This document shows, piece by piece, positions 49,379 through 60,118 of a stretch of DNA of 64,000 nucleotides (position 1 is the stretch's first letter; each line of letters starts with the position of its first letter). Origin of the DNA: Motiliproteus sp. (GTDB taxonomy: Bacteria; Pseudomonadota; Gammaproteobacteria; Pseudomonadales; Balneatricaceae); contig JBALWH010000007.1 of NCBI GenBank assembly GCA_036960175.1, positions 23,462 through 87,461 on the forward strand. The letters are read 5' to 3'. The notes under the pieces were generated by a model. It did no database searches. It was given only the letters and a program-made list of their open reading frames with translations, and was not told the DNA's origin. Both the position numbers and the translations under genes were made by a program.

Positions 49379-50797
49379 ATGACTATTCATCTAAAAGATC
49401 TGACGGTTCAGTTTGATGAGAGTTTTCAGCTGCATAATATCAACTGGCAGATTGAAGCTGATCAGCATTGGGTGATCACTGGCACCAACGGTGCGGGTAA
49501 GTCCGCCCTGGCAGCAGTGCTTGCCGGTGTGGGCGAATGCCTGTCTGGAGCTATCGAAGGTCTGCCTGCTCGGGTAGGCGTAGTGTCTTTTGAAGCCCAG
49601 GCGGAGTTGATCGAAGCCGAGCGCAAAAAAGATGACGCCGATATTCTTGATGTTATCTCTGCAGGAACACCGGTCAGAGAGATCTTGTTTGTAGACTGCG
49701 CTGATATCGAAACAGCCAATGATTTAGTGGCAAGGTTTGAGCTCGAGTACCTGTTAGACAGGGCCTTCAGAAAGCTCTCCACCGGAGAGTCACGCAAGGT
49801 GATGTTAATTCGCGCCTTGGCCAGCAAGCCAGATCTGCTGGTGCTGGATGAGCCTTTCGATGGTCTGGATGCCAATGCCTTATTAATGTTGCAGCAATAT
49901 CTGGCATCGCTTATCGATAGCATTCCCATGGTTATGGTGTTAAACCGCTTCGATGAGTTTCCTGATTTTATCAGTCATATCGCCTATGTCGATCAGGGCG
50001 CACTGCAGCATCAAGTGCAGCGCAGTGATGAAAAAGCCTATGCTGAGCTGTATCAATTACTGCATCTGAAAAGCACCGATCTTGACGTGCCTCCGGCGGA
50101 TCCTGACACTGAAATTCCTCGTCTGGATAGTCAGCAACCGCTAGTGCGGCTCAATGGTATCAGCATTAAATACGATGAGCATAAGCTCATCGACAGCCTG
50201 GACTGGACCATTGAAGCCAATCAGCATTGGCAATTGAGTGGCCCTAATGGCAGCGGCAAAACTGCACTGCTTTCGTTGATTACGGGTGACCACCCTCAGT
50301 GTTACGTTAACGATATTTTTGTCTTTGGATTTCAACGTGGTAACGGTGAGAGTATCTGGCAGATAAAGCAGTTTATCGGTTATGTCTCAACGGCATTGCA
50401 GTGGGAGTATCGAGTCGGTACCGGCCTGCGTAATGTGATTATTTCGGGCTTTTACGACAGCATTGGCTTGTATAGCAAATGTACCGATCAGCAGCGCCAG
50501 ATCGCCGATCAATGGTTGGAGTTGCTGGGTATGAAGGACCGCGCCGACCAGCCCTTTAATAAACTCTCTTACGGCGATCAGCGTCTGCTGTTGATTGCCC
50601 GGGCGATGGTTAAACATCCGCCTTTGCTGATCCTGGATGAGCCTTGCCTGGGACTGGATGATATGAATCGTCAGCTGGTACTGGCACTGATCGAAAAAAT
50701 CTGTGCCAGCAGCGAGACCTCTGTTCTTTATGTAAACCACCACCCTGAAGACCGCATCAAGGGGATTGATAACTATCTGGCGTTACAGAAAAACTGA
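49379..50797 (+). CDS. modF: Tandem ABC ATPase, ModF-like
   Basis: Two nucleotide-binding domains (GTNGAGKS/LSTGE; GPNGSGKT/LSYGD), LITGDHPQCY. Confidence 0.85.
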   Translation: MTIHLKDLTVQFDESFQLHNINWQIEADQHWVITGTNGAGKSALAAVLAGVGECLSGAIEGLPARVGVVSFEAQAELIEAERKKDDADILDVISAGTPVREILFVDCADIETANDLVARFELEYLLDRAFRKLSTGESRKVMLIRALASKPDLLVLDEPFDGLDANALLMLQQYLASLIDSIPMVMVLNRFDEFPDFISHIAYVDQGALQHQVQRSDEKAYAELYQLLHLKSTDLDVPPADPDTEIPRLDSQQPLVRLNGISIKYDEHKLIDSLDWTIEANQHWQLSGPNGSGKTALLSLITGDHPQCYVNDIFVFGFQRGNGESIWQIKQFIGYVSTALQWEYRVGTGLRNVIISGFYDSIGLYSKCTDQQRQIADQWLELLGMKDRADQPFNKLSYGDQRLLLIARAMVKHPPLLILDEPCLGLDDMNRQLVLALIEKICASSETSVLYVNHHPEDRIKGIDNYLALQKN

Positions 50798-50834
50798 TTA
50801 GGTCTGTTGAGGTCGCTGGCTATGCACAGCGATA

Positions 50835-51743
50835 TCAACGGGTTTTTGCTGCGCCCTGGTCACAATTCCAATCTAGGCTGCGAACCTTTTTCGCGGCTGT
50901 TTCGGACAGGGGGACGCTTTGCAGGCGCTTTATATTGTCGTCGCAGAAAAATAGCTGCGCTTCAGCGATCAGATTTTCGGCCATCACTAAGTTGCGTTCA
51001 ATCTGCTCTGCCCAGTCAACGGCTATGCGGATGCTCCCCTCGGGTTCGGCCTTCTTTGCCTTTTCATCCAGTTTCGTCAAGGGTTTAAGTACGTTTTCAA
51101 TTAGCAGTTGGCGAATGTCTGCGCAAAAAATGCCCAGTCCCTGTAGTTGTTCTACATCTTGAAGTTGCTGGTCGCTGGCGTTGTTTTCTATAAGTCGTTC
51201 GAAAATGGAACTGTTGTCTTTACTCGCCTGCAGCTCTTGCAGAGCATTTACCAGCTCCAGTGGATAGGCCTTTTGAAATTGGCTGAGGGATTGGAACAGC
51301 CAGTTAGCGCCTTGGTTTGCTTGTTTGAGTTCTTTTACTCGTTGTTTTATTTGGGTGCTTTCGTTGATGAAAGTATCCAGGTCCATGTCCCGGGTTAAGG
51401 CTGGAGTCGTTGATGAGGCTGTTCGGGTCGCAGAACTACCGCCAGTTCTGCTGCGAGAGACTTTTGGCGGTTTTAGTGCGCTCGGGTCCATAAAGCGCTT
51501 GGCGCAGGCTTCGCAGATACTGCATTCGCTCTCTTTGTCGACACGCACCAGATAGCCTTTTTTGTGATTTTGATAGCAGTCACTGACGCTACAGCTGGCA
51601 ATCTTGCGGGGGAGGGAATAGGCCGCCAGGACATAGCGAAATAATGATTTTCTAGGGAGGACGGTTGCCTCAAAGTGGGGACGATTAACGATATCCTCCA
51701 GCGTACGGATGCTGATGTTGTCTTTGGTGTAAAAAGTGGCCAT
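50835..51743 (-). CDS. Hypothetical protein with putative Zn-binding N-terminal domain
   Basis: CSVSDC..NH...CSICEAC cluster, S/T/R linker, helical C-terminus. Confidence 0.7.
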   Translation of the reverse strand: MATFYTKDNISIRTLEDIVNRPHFEATVLPRKSLFRYVLAAYSLPRKIASCSVSDCYQNHKKGYLVRVDKESECSICEACAKRFMDPSALKPPKVSRSRTGGSSATRTASSTTPALTRDMDLDTFINESTQIKQRVKELKQANQGANWLFQSLSQFQKAYPLELVNALQELQASKDNSSIFERLIENNASDQQLQDVEQLQGLGIFCADIRQLLIENVLKPLTKLDEKAKKAEPEGSIRIAVDWAEQIERNLVMAENLIAEAQLFFCDDNIKRLQSVPLSETAAKKVRSLDWNCDQGAAKTR

Positions 51744-51867
51744 CGTTATTGGAGTCCTGTACTGCGATTATTCGCTATTATGTCTCGCTCCTTGATGAGA
51801 CGCTGACGAGGCGTTTTCCCTGCGCCAATTGCTGTTTTTAAAATACACTAAAACGGCCATGACTATC

Positions 51868-52998
51868 TTACTCCTTGATGCTTTTAAATAATTTTGTGGA
51901 GTGATCGTAGGCATCCTGATAGACATTTTTACGTTCAACAAAATAATCAAAAAAACGAATATGTGTCTCGTACTCTACCGGCTTAAGGTCAATTGGGCGG
52001 TATTGTGAGGGGAGGTGACCTTTTTTCAGTAGCTCGTTGATCAGCTCAATGTGGGCGACCTCCCCAGAGTAAGAGGCATTGAACCAGAGCTGTGTTTCAA
52101 GGTTAGAAACCTGCAGTCTGTTGCGGGGCATCTTGGCATTCCACTCCAGACTTTGCGGGCGTACAGAAAAGATTCGATCAGCCGCCGGTGCGAGCTCGCG
52201 AATCACGAATTGACGGTGATAGGCGCCATCCAAGATAGTACGTTCTTTGCCATTACGACCCTGAAAGCCATAGAGGTAAAGCCAGAGCGCGCCATCAACA
52301 GCCTCAAGCAACTGTTGCGGATTTTCCGGATCAAGCACTTGGATACGCACATCATTATGGATCTGGTCGTGTTGGTACTTATCAGGCTTATGGGTCTTTA
52401 GCAGTTCTTGCGCACGCTTATTGATGTACAGAATTTCCTGGCCCTTTGGGGCATCAAAGGCATTAAAGACAATCCCGATTTTGCTCTCGGCTGCAAAACG
52501 GCGGCCGATTTCCGTTAGCGACTCAGGTGATCGCTCAGAGACAAATATCTGTGCGGGCATTAGTCGATTAAGTATTTCGTCACCAAATTGTTTCCAAAGG
52601 TTATCGAAGGATTGCGGCATATAGGGGCTTAGTAGGTTTTTCCAAAAGGGTTCGATTGCTGGTGAAAAAATGCCGGGGTCGCCGCGCATGGCCATGGCTG
52701 AAGCATCCAGCCACTGCAGTGGCTCTGGGAAAATATTACTCTTGGCAATTTCCTGATCCAGCTCGGTACGCATGTCGACTGCTTCACCGCTAAAGGGGTC
52801 TGCTTCGTTGTTTTTCTGCAATAGATAACGCCAGCTCCAGTAGATCTGACCTGAGGTGCAGCTGATTATCTCAGGCTCTACATTCGAATCCAGCGAGGCC
52901 TGCAAAAAGCCAACACCATGAGCGTTAAATCCTCCTAAGCCGCCGAGGGCAAAAGCGTTTCTTGAGTGAGCTGCGGATGTGTTGGCATTTTTTGGCAT
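51868..52998 (-). CDS. Divergent patatin-like phospholipase
   Basis: FALGGLGGFNAHGVG Gly loop, IISCTSGQ elbow, ILDGAY Asp motif; ATG 52998 with AAGGA RBS. Confidence 0.7.
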   Translation of the reverse strand: MPKNANTSAAHSRNAFALGGLGGFNAHGVGFLQASLDSNVEPEIISCTSGQIYWSWRYLLQKNNEADPFSGEAVDMRTELDQEIAKSNIFPEPLQWLDASAMAMRGDPGIFSPAIEPFWKNLLSPYMPQSFDNLWKQFGDEILNRLMPAQIFVSERSPESLTEIGRRFAAESKIGIVFNAFDAPKGQEILYINKRAQELLKTHKPDKYQHDQIHNDVRIQVLDPENPQQLLEAVDGALWLYLYGFQGRNGKERTILDGAYHRQFVIRELAPAADRIFSVRPQSLEWNAKMPRNRLQVSNLETQLWFNASYSGEVAHIELINELLKKGHLPSQYRPIDLKPVEYETHIRFFDYFVERKNVYQDAYDHSTKLFKSIKE

Positions 52999-53293
52999 AT
53001 TCAGTCGTCCTTGCTGAGGGGTTGTAGAGGCGGTGATAGCGGCGATGTGCCTGGGATCGCAGTGACAGTTTGCTCTCGTCAATTGATCACTCAGGCTCGC
53101 GGCTCTAAGTAATACTCCGGTCTGTTCTTATTAACAGCTTGATAGTTAAGGTTATTGAGAATATGGCTTATGGGGGGATTAAAAGCTATAGCTATGTTGG
53201 TCTAGGCGTTAGGCTGTAAGTATGTTTGATTTTGGCTTGTCTGTGGGATATAGATTAAGTCCCTAATATAAATTTCTGAACGGGTCGTCGCTT

Positions 53294-53806
53294 ATGTGGG
53301 ATAGAACACCCTGGTTGCTGTGCGTGCTGCTGCTGTCCGGTTGTTCCGTTGTGCCGGAGGTGGGGGTTGATGATAGTCGGTTAGCTAAAGCTGAAGATAG
53401 TCGCTATCAGTCAGCTAAAACTGATGCGATCGCCGCGGTAATAGTCCGAAATAAAGAGACAGGCGTCGAAGAGTATATCGGCGAGACCACCGTTGTTTAT
53501 TTGTCCGACTTTAATTTTTCACCCAACGAGTTTCGTTTTAAATCCGGTACCGTAACTCGTATTCGTCTAAAGAACGTGGCTTGGGTGACCCATTATTTCG
53601 GTGGCAAGGAGTTCTTCGCCGAAGGTGCGGATATAGTCAATATTCTCGGCAGCAAAATACCGTCCCAGCAGCATGTCCCGGCATCACCCTACGTCACCCG
53701 CGATCTTTATCTGTATATTAAGAAGCCGGGAGAATACCCGCTAAGCTGCTTTGTCCCCAATCATCGTATAGAGGGTATGACAGGCCGCTTGATTGTAGAA
53801 CCATAG
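53294..53806 (+). CDS. Cupredoxin-domain lipoprotein
   Basis: LSGC lipobox; type-1 Cu ligands VTHYF and CFVPNHRIEGM. Confidence 0.8.
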   Translation: MWDRTPWLLCVLLLSGCSVVPEVGVDDSRLAKAEDSRYQSAKTDAIAAVIVRNKETGVEEYIGETTVVYLSDFNFSPNEFRFKSGTVTRIRLKNVAWVTHYFGGKEFFAEGADIVNILGSKIPSQQHVPASPYVTRDLYLYIKKPGEYPLSCFVPNHRIEGMTGRLIVEP

Positions 53807-54091
53807 GGGTTCCCCCCTCTCTCTGGGCAGGAGTCGGGGAAAATGTTTTATCGTCTAATTGAAAACGGAAGAACGCCTGAAGTCAGCGATGACTGCAGGC
53901 TTGGTCAAGTATTTCGCAGCCTCCAGACCCGTGTCGATGCAGAACGTTAGATAGTAGACCTGAGCGGCACCCCCCTGTTTTATCGGATAGCCATCCCCTT
54001 AGACCTCAAAAGGGATGCAAATGTCTTGGCTTTCCTGTACCCTTACGCGCTATTTATTCCCCCGGTATTACCTGACCTATCGAGTGACACA

Positions 54092-56185
54092 ATGACAGAC
54101 CTATCCCTTTACAGAAACATCGGTATCTTCGCTCACGTTGATGCGGGTAAGACTACCACTACTGAACGTATTCTGAAGCTTACCGGTAAGATCCATAAGA
54201 CCGGTGAAGTGCATGACGGTGCTGCTACGACTGACTTCATGGATCAGGAACAAGAGCGTGGTATTACTATCCAGTCTGCAGCCACGACTTGCTACTGGAA
54301 AGACCACCGTTTCAATATCATCGATACTCCAGGACACGTTGACTTCACTGTTGAAGTTTACCGCTCACTAAAAGTATTGGATGGTGGTGTTGGCGTATTC
54401 TGTGGTTCGGGTGGTGTTGAGCCGCAGTCAGAAACTAACTGGCGTTATGCTAACGATTCCGAAGTTGCTCGGATCATCTTTGTTAACAAGCTGGACCGTA
54501 TGGGTGCCGACTTCCTGCGCGTTGTTGATCAGGTTGAAAAGGTTCTGGGTGCTAACCCGCTGGTTATGGTTCTGCCAATTGGCGTTGAAGAAAATTTTGT
54601 CGGCATGGTTGATCTGCTGACGCGTCAAGCGTTTGTTTGGGACAACTCTGGTCTGCCAGAAAACTTCGAAATCGTTGATATTCCTGCTGATATGGTGGAG
54701 CAGGTCGAAGAATACCGCGAGATGATGATAGAGAAAGCGGTTGAGCAGGACGATGATCTGATGATGGCGTACATGGAAGGCGAAGAGCCTTCTATCGACG
54801 ATATCAAGCGTTGCATCCGTAAGGGTACTATCGCTCTGGACTTCTTCCCGACGTACTGTGGTTCTGCGTTCAAGAACAAAGGTGTTCAGCTGATTCTGGA
54901 CGCGGTTGTTGACTACCTACCGTGCCCGACTGATGTAACGCCGCAGCCGTTGACCGACGAAGAAGGCGAGCCTAACGGTGAAACTGCGCTGGTATCTATC
55001 GACGAGCCATTGCGTGCGCTGGCGTTTAAGATCATGGACGACCGTTTTGGCGCCCTGACTTTCGTACGTATCTACTCGGGTGTGCTTGAGAAAGGCAACT
55101 CTATTCTTAACAGCTTCACCGGCAAGACCGAGCGTATCGGCCGTATGGTCGAGATGCACGCCGATGACCGCAACGAGATTCATCGCGCCCAAGCGGGCGA
55201 CATCATCGCCATCGTGGGTATGAAGAATGTGCAGACTGGTCACACTCTGTGTGATCCTAAGTTCCCATGCACCTTGGAAGCGATGGTTTTCCCTCAGCCG
55301 GTAATCTCTATCGCGGTTGCACCGAAAGATAAGCAGGGTTCTGAGAAGATGGGTGTCGCGATCGGCAAAATGATCGCCGAAGACCCCACGTTCCGGGTTG
55401 AAACTGATATCGATTCGGGTGAAACCATCCTTAAGGGTATGGGCGAGCTGCACCTTGATATCAAAGTCGACATCCTTAAGCGTACTTACGGCGTTGAGTT
55501 GATGGTAGGGGCGCCTCAGGTGGCTTACCGTGAGACTATCACTCAGCCTCTTGAAGACTCTTACACCCACAAGAAGCAGTCTGGTGGTTCTGGTCAGTTC
55601 GGTAAGATCGATTACACTATCAAGCCAGGCGAGCCAGGCACTGGTTTCGTATTCACTTCAAAGGTTGTGGGCGGTAACGTTCCTAAGGAATTCTTCCCAG
55701 CCGTTGAGAAAGGCTTCAAGAGCATGATGGACACTGGCCCTGTGGCTGGCTTCCCGGTTCTTGATGTTGAATTCGAACTGTACGACGGTGGTTTCCACGC
55801 GGTTGACTCCTCGGCTATTGCGTTTGAGCTGGCTGCTCGTGGTGCCTTCCGTCAATCCATGCCTAAGGCTGGACCTCAGCTGATCGAGCCGATCATGCAC
55901 GTTGACGTTTTCACTCCAGACGATCACGTTGGTGATGTTATCGGTGACTTAAACCGTCGTCGCGGCATGATCAAAGATCAAATGGCTGGTACAAGCGGCG
56001 TTCGTATCAAAGCTGACGTACCACTGTCAGAGATGTTCGGTTACATCGGAACCCTGCGCACCATGACTTCTGGTCGCGGTCAATTCTCGATGGAATTTGC
56101 TCACTATCTGCCATGTCCTAACTCGGTTTCTGAGAAAGTAGTAGCAGCTGAGCTGGAACGCAAAGCAGCTAAAGCCAAAAAGTAA
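54092..56185 (+). CDS. fusA: Elongation factor G, paralogue outside the str operon
   Basis: [43 protein letters not shown]; not flanked by rpsG/tuf; ATG at 54092. Confidence 0.95.
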   Translation: MTDLSLYRNIGIFAHVDAGKTTTTERILKLTGKIHKTGEVHDGAATTDFMDQEQERGITIQSAATTCYWKDHRFNIIDTPGHVDFTVEVYRSLKVLDGGVGVFCGSGGVEPQSETNWRYANDSEVARIIFVNKLDRMGADFLRVVDQVEKVLGANPLVMVLPIGVEENFVGMVDLLTRQAFVWDNSGLPENFEIVDIPADMVEQVEEYREMMIEKAVEQDDDLMMAYMEGEEPSIDDIKRCIRKGTIALDFFPTYCGSAFKNKGVQLILDAVVDYLPCPTDVTPQPLTDEEGEPNGETALVSIDEPLRALAFKIMDDRFGALTFVRIYSGVLEKGNSILNSFTGKTERIGRMVEMHADDRNEIHRAQAGDIIAIVGMKNVQTGHTLCDPKFPCTLEAMVFPQPVISIAVAPKDKQGSEKMGVAIGKMIAEDPTFRVETDIDSGETILKGMGELHLDIKVDILKRTYGVELMVGAPQVAYRETITQPLEDSYTHKKQSGGSGQFGKIDYTIKPGEPGTGFVFTSKVVGGNVPKEFFPAVEKGFKSMMDTGPVAGFPVLDVEFELYDGGFHAVDSSAIAFELAARGAFRQSMPKAGPQLIEPIMHVDVFTPDDHVGDVIGDLNRRRGMIKDQMAGTSGVRIKADVPLSEMFGYIGTLRTMTSGRGQFSMEFAHYLPCPNSVSEKVVAAELERKAAKAKK

Positions 56186-56209
56186 GTTTTACTTAGGCTA
56201 GCTGTTCTG

Positions 56210-56245
56210 AAGCCCCGGTGATGAAAGTCACCGGGGCTTTTTTTT
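56210..56245 (+). terminator. Intrinsic terminator after fusA
   Basis: AAGCCCCGGTGA-TGAAAG-TCACCGGGGCTT plus T run. Confidence 0.92.
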
Positions 56246-56319
56246 GGACTCAGTTTAGATATTAAGGCTCTGCAGAAACGCTGAGCTTGGTAAGTGCCGC
56301 GCAAGATGACATAGGGCTT

Positions 56320-56754
56320 TCAGCTCGAAATGACTTTTAGCTTTTGCACATCGATACCCGGCATCATCACCTCTATCGGTAACGGTGCCAATACCCTGCG
56401 GATCTCCATGATGAGCTCTTCTAAGGGGTAGAGGGTTTGAAACGCCTGGAGCGCTCGCTCAAGGGTGCTATTTACCCCATCAGACCAGCACAGGGTTGAT
56501 TTCTCGTTGTTGTAGTTCAGTTCCAGATAAGCCACATGCTGGAGGTCCTGAGCGCTACCGTTGCGGTTGGCAACCATCGAAATATTGATTTTGAACCGGT
56601 TACTCCCCAGCTCTATCAATTGGAACAGAAACCGCAGCTCCCACATCTCGTAGTTGTCAGCAGCTATCCATTGGTATTCGAAGCGGGTTTTAAGTGCATG
56701 TATTAAATCACGGGAACGAGGTCTAAGCCCCGGAATACGGTTATCCATAACCAT
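56320..56754 (-). CDS. Hypothetical protein
   Basis: 144-aa ORF with GGAGA RBS in an otherwise empty interval; no recognised motif. Confidence 0.6.
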   Translation of the reverse strand: MVMDNRIPGLRPRSRDLIHALKTRFEYQWIAADNYEMWELRFLFQLIELGSNRFKINISMVANRNGSAQDLQHVAYLELNYNNEKSTLCWSDGVNSTLERALQAFQTLYPLEELIMEIRRVLAPLPIEVMMPGIDVQKLKVISS

Positions 56755-57052
56755 GTCTCCAGTTTGTCCATCAGGGTAATCTAAGGCAGATGCAAGACCG
56801 AACTATAGGACAAGTCTTCTTTGCGGTCAGCGATGGATCTAGTGTAGCAGTTTCTCTTTACAGGTAGAGAGGGCTTATTGGACGACTACAAATGTTCGGT
56901 AGCTAGCCACATAGATGTGCATACGCGAACGCTCTAACGCTGCATAAAGCAATAATAGGCGCGATTTGACGCCTAAATATGTGCGATGACAATAGGATAA
57001 AGCCTTGAGGATAGAGATCGTTTTGGCAAAGCAGTCAGCAATTCCTGAATCC

Positions 57053-58018
57053 TTAAGGCACTATTACCGCATTGGCAAAGTCGACCGCTGGAAGGGAGGA
57101 TTTGAGATGATCCAGAGTACGCTCATTGATCAATAAACGGCTGGTCTTGGCCTCATAGATGCCCATTTGTTGCAGTGACTCGCCCTTATAGTGGCGATCC
57201 AGCAGGCTGGCGGCCACGCGCCCGAGGTCGTAGTAGTCCGGCACGAAGCCGATCAGCACGCCGTTATCAATGTATGTTCGCTGGGCGCCAATGCTGATTA
57301 ACCGGGTCTGCTGTAGCGCCTGACCAATCTTAGCGGCCTGGGATATCAGATAGCTATCCATGGGTAGATACACGGCATCGACCGCAATGGCATGGCTACT
57401 CAGTTGCTGTAGATAGTGGTCTAGGCGGTTGGATTCCGGCGGGCAGCGCAGTTCGATAACCGCTATGTCAAACTGCTTGGCAACTTCTATTAATTTGATC
57501 CGGGTAAGCTCGGAATTGCGTTCCCGGGGGTTGAAGAAAAAGCCTAGACGTTTAATCGCCCCCATTTTTAGCGCTGCCTGCAGTTGCGACTGCAAGGGCA
57601 GTTGATGGCTGACACCGCTGAGGTTACCGCCGCTGTGTTGCAACGAGTCGACAATGCCTGAGCCCACCGGGTCCAGCACAATATTGAACAGGTGCGGGGT
57701 GTGGTTGCTAATGATCTGCTTGACCATCTTGGTGGCGGTGGTGCCAAAAGAGTAGATATAGTCGCTTTTTCTGAGGTTATCGAGATCACTTCGCAGCAAG
57801 TTAGCGAGATCTTTGCGTTGTTGGTTAGCGTTGAGAAGATGGTAATTGACTTGATAACCACGGGCTTTAAGGCCATCGCGAAAACCACGCTCGGCCTCTG
57901 TCTCTCCGCGCCAAAGCACCATGGTTACGTCCAGCGCAATGGGCCCCGCAGCACTATTCTGCAGTACTTGTGGTATTAGCAGCAACAATATTAGTAATGA
58001 ATTTATGATGGTTTTCAT
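57053..58018 (-). CDS. Orphan ABC-type substrate-binding protein
   Basis: Signal peptide; IYSFGTTAT, NLSGVS, LGFFFNPRERNS, PDYYDLGRVAA pattern; no permease or ATPase adjacent. Confidence 0.85.
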   Translation of the reverse strand: MKTIINSLLILLLLIPQVLQNSAAGPIALDVTMVLWRGETEAERGFRDGLKARGYQVNYHLLNANQQRKDLANLLRSDLDNLRKSDYIYSFGTTATKMVKQIISNHTPHLFNIVLDPVGSGIVDSLQHSGGNLSGVSHQLPLQSQLQAALKMGAIKRLGFFFNPRERNSELTRIKLIEVAKQFDIAVIELRCPPESNRLDHYLQQLSSHAIAVDAVYLPMDSYLISQAAKIGQALQQTRLISIGAQRTYIDNGVLIGFVPDYYDLGRVAASLLDRHYKGESLQQMGIYEAKTSRLLINERTLDHLKSSLPAVDFANAVIVP

Positions 58019-58063
58019 AACAGCGTCTCCGATATCAGACTCCAGGAAATAACCGATTGGCTA

Positions 58064-60001
58064 TTAAACCCGGAACCGACTCATCGCTGTTTTGAGGCCA
58101 TCGGCCACGGTGACCAATGCCAGGGAGCTGCGGCGGCCTTCCTGCACCGAAGATACCGTGATGTGTGCCGCGTCGCTGATGCTTAGTAGATTATTGTTCA
58201 CATCGTTAGCCACCTGGGTTTGTTGTTCGGTCATGGCAGCGATACTGGTGGTCATGTCGCTGAGATGCTTAATCGAGCTGCTGATGCTATTCAGCTGCTG
58301 GTCGGTCTGGGCAATGGCCTCGATGCCGATACCCGCCTGTTCACAGACATTATGAGTGACATTCACGGCTTCACGAGTGCCAGCCTGTAGCTTCTCAATG
58401 CTCAGTTGAATGTTCTCAGTGGATTGCTGGGTCTTGCTGGCCAGGGTGCGGACCTCATCGGCAACCACGGCAAAGCCACGACCGCTCTCACCGGCCCGAG
58501 CGGCTTCAATGGCGGCGTTGAGGGCCAGCAGATTGGTCTGTCCGGCGATCTCCTTGATGACATCCAGGACTAGGCTGATTTCACTGCTTTGCTTGGACAC
58601 TTCATTGACCACTGCAGAAGCGTTCTGCAGATCATTGACCAGTTTTTGAATTAGCATGCGTACTTCATTAGAGGTCTCCAGGCTGCTTTCGGCGGATTGT
58701 TGGATGCTGCTGACATGCTCCAGATTATTCTGGGTTTCCTCAGTAACACTTTGCACTGCCTTAACCATTTCGTTCATGGCCATGCTGACCTGGCTGATAT
58801 CGTTGTTTTGTTGTTCTGCTCGATTTTCCATATCCTGGCATAGATTGCTGAGGCTATCGCTCTGACTGGATGTCTCGCTGGCCGCTTGGTTGGCGTCTCT
58901 AACAATGCCCTGGATCTTTTCAATAAACAGGTTGATGACTCTGGCCATATCGCCGATTTCATCTTTGCTGTTAATGTCGATGCGATGGGTGAGGTTGCCT
59001 TCACCTTCGCTCAGGCATTTCAATGATGCGGTGAGCAGCTGCAATTTGCTGATAATACTGATGCGCATCACCACCAGAATCCCTATGACCATAGCGACTG
59101 CCATGCCCAGAAGGGTCATTAGCAAAGAGGTCATAAGATGGGATGATCCCGATTCAATGAGTGCTTCGGCCTGACTGAGGGTGGTTTCCATATCCTGCTG
59201 GATCTTCTCCAGATTGGCGGATAACCGTGTCGACGTGGCGGCGGCCTCCTGCACGATGGCCTGTCGGACCTGACTGTTGGTGGAAGTGGTTAGCTCACCA
59301 AAACTGACTTGTAATCCGGCCGCAGCTTCCCGGGCTTGTTGGTTGGACAGCCCCAGTACCACACGACCCAGAGTCTGGTCGTTAAGGCTGATCGGTTGTT
59401 CACTGAGCACTAGGCCGTCGTCATTAAGGCCTTTTTTCAGTAACTCAGGAAGTGCTTGCCGAGCATCGGCTCCCTTCAGCAGTCGCGTCATCTGTTGATT
59501 GTCTGTGTCGCTGTAGTGGCCAATCAATTCGCCGCTGCTATCCACAACGGCGGCAAATAGCAGGTTTTCAGTATCGCTGAGCGCCCCCAGGGTTGCCTTA
59601 ATAGATGCGATATCACCGTCATACAGCGGCTCTGCGGTAATCCGGGCCAGTAGTGCGGTGAGAGAGTCTGCAGTGCTGACTAAGGCGCTGTCCAGCAAAC
59701 TAGCAGCCTTCATCTGTTCCATCGCCAGTGACATGGTCAGTGTCTGTGTCAGGCTTTCCTCGGTGCTGTATGCCAGCGAGGTCATGGTTTGTTTTACCTG
59801 TTTGCTGCTGGACTGCAGCTGATCGCTGGCATTCTTATTTTGCTTTTTTAGCTTTTCAACGGTGCTGCCAACCAACTGGCCGACACTGATTTCGGTGATG
59901 CCCATCACCATTGCACCCTGCACCAGGGTGATCAGTATGACGGCGATAAAGAAGGGTAGGAGTAAGCGGCTTTTAAAGCTCATTAGCAGAGATTTCAACA
60001 T
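58064..60001 (-). CDS. Methyl-accepting chemotaxis protein
   Basis: Two TMs, [35 protein letters not shown] signalling hairpin. Confidence 0.96.
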   Translation of the reverse strand: MLKSLLMSFKSRLLLPFFIAVILITLVQGAMVMGITEISVGQLVGSTVEKLKKQNKNASDQLQSSSKQVKQTMTSLAYSTEESLTQTLTMSLAMEQMKAASLLDSALVSTADSLTALLARITAEPLYDGDIASIKATLGALSDTENLLFAAVVDSSGELIGHYSDTDNQQMTRLLKGADARQALPELLKKGLNDDGLVLSEQPISLNDQTLGRVVLGLSNQQAREAAAGLQVSFGELTTSTNSQVRQAIVQEAAATSTRLSANLEKIQQDMETTLSQAEALIESGSSHLMTSLLMTLLGMAVAMVIGILVVMRISIISKLQLLTASLKCLSEGEGNLTHRIDINSKDEIGDMARVINLFIEKIQGIVRDANQAASETSSQSDSLSNLCQDMENRAEQQNNDISQVSMAMNEMVKAVQSVTEETQNNLEHVSSIQQSAESSLETSNEVRMLIQKLVNDLQNASAVVNEVSKQSSEISLVLDVIKEIAGQTNLLALNAAIEAARAGESGRGFAVVADEVRTLASKTQQSTENIQLSIEKLQAGTREAVNVTHNVCEQAGIGIEAIAQTDQQLNSISSSIKHLSDMTTSIAAMTEQQTQVANDVNNNLLSISDAAHITVSSVQEGRRSSLALVTVADGLKTAMSRFRV

Positions 60002-60102
60002 GAGGTGCTCCAGAATATTATTATAGGAAGGGCTGGAACGGTGGACGGTTTTTGGGGAAATCCACTGGCCGACAGCTTCGGGAGTTTTAGTAATAGAGCG
60101 TA

Positions 60103-60118
60103 AGCAATCCCAGTGCCA
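60103..60118 (-). promoter_or_regulatory. sigma54 (-24/-12) promoter of the MCP-SBP operon
   Basis: Minus strand TGGCAC-TGGGA-TTGCT, about 100 nt upstream of the MCP start. Confidence 0.75.

Noticed and set aside
50835-53806. CBASS or other known defence system around the patatin gene
   Set aside because: No CD-NTase, Cap2/3, TIR, nuclease or other recognisable defence gene nearby; kept only as separate open findings.
54917-55570. 217-aa antisense ORF inside fusA, and similar ones in ftsH, infB and nahK
   Set aside because: Antisense shadows of real genes.
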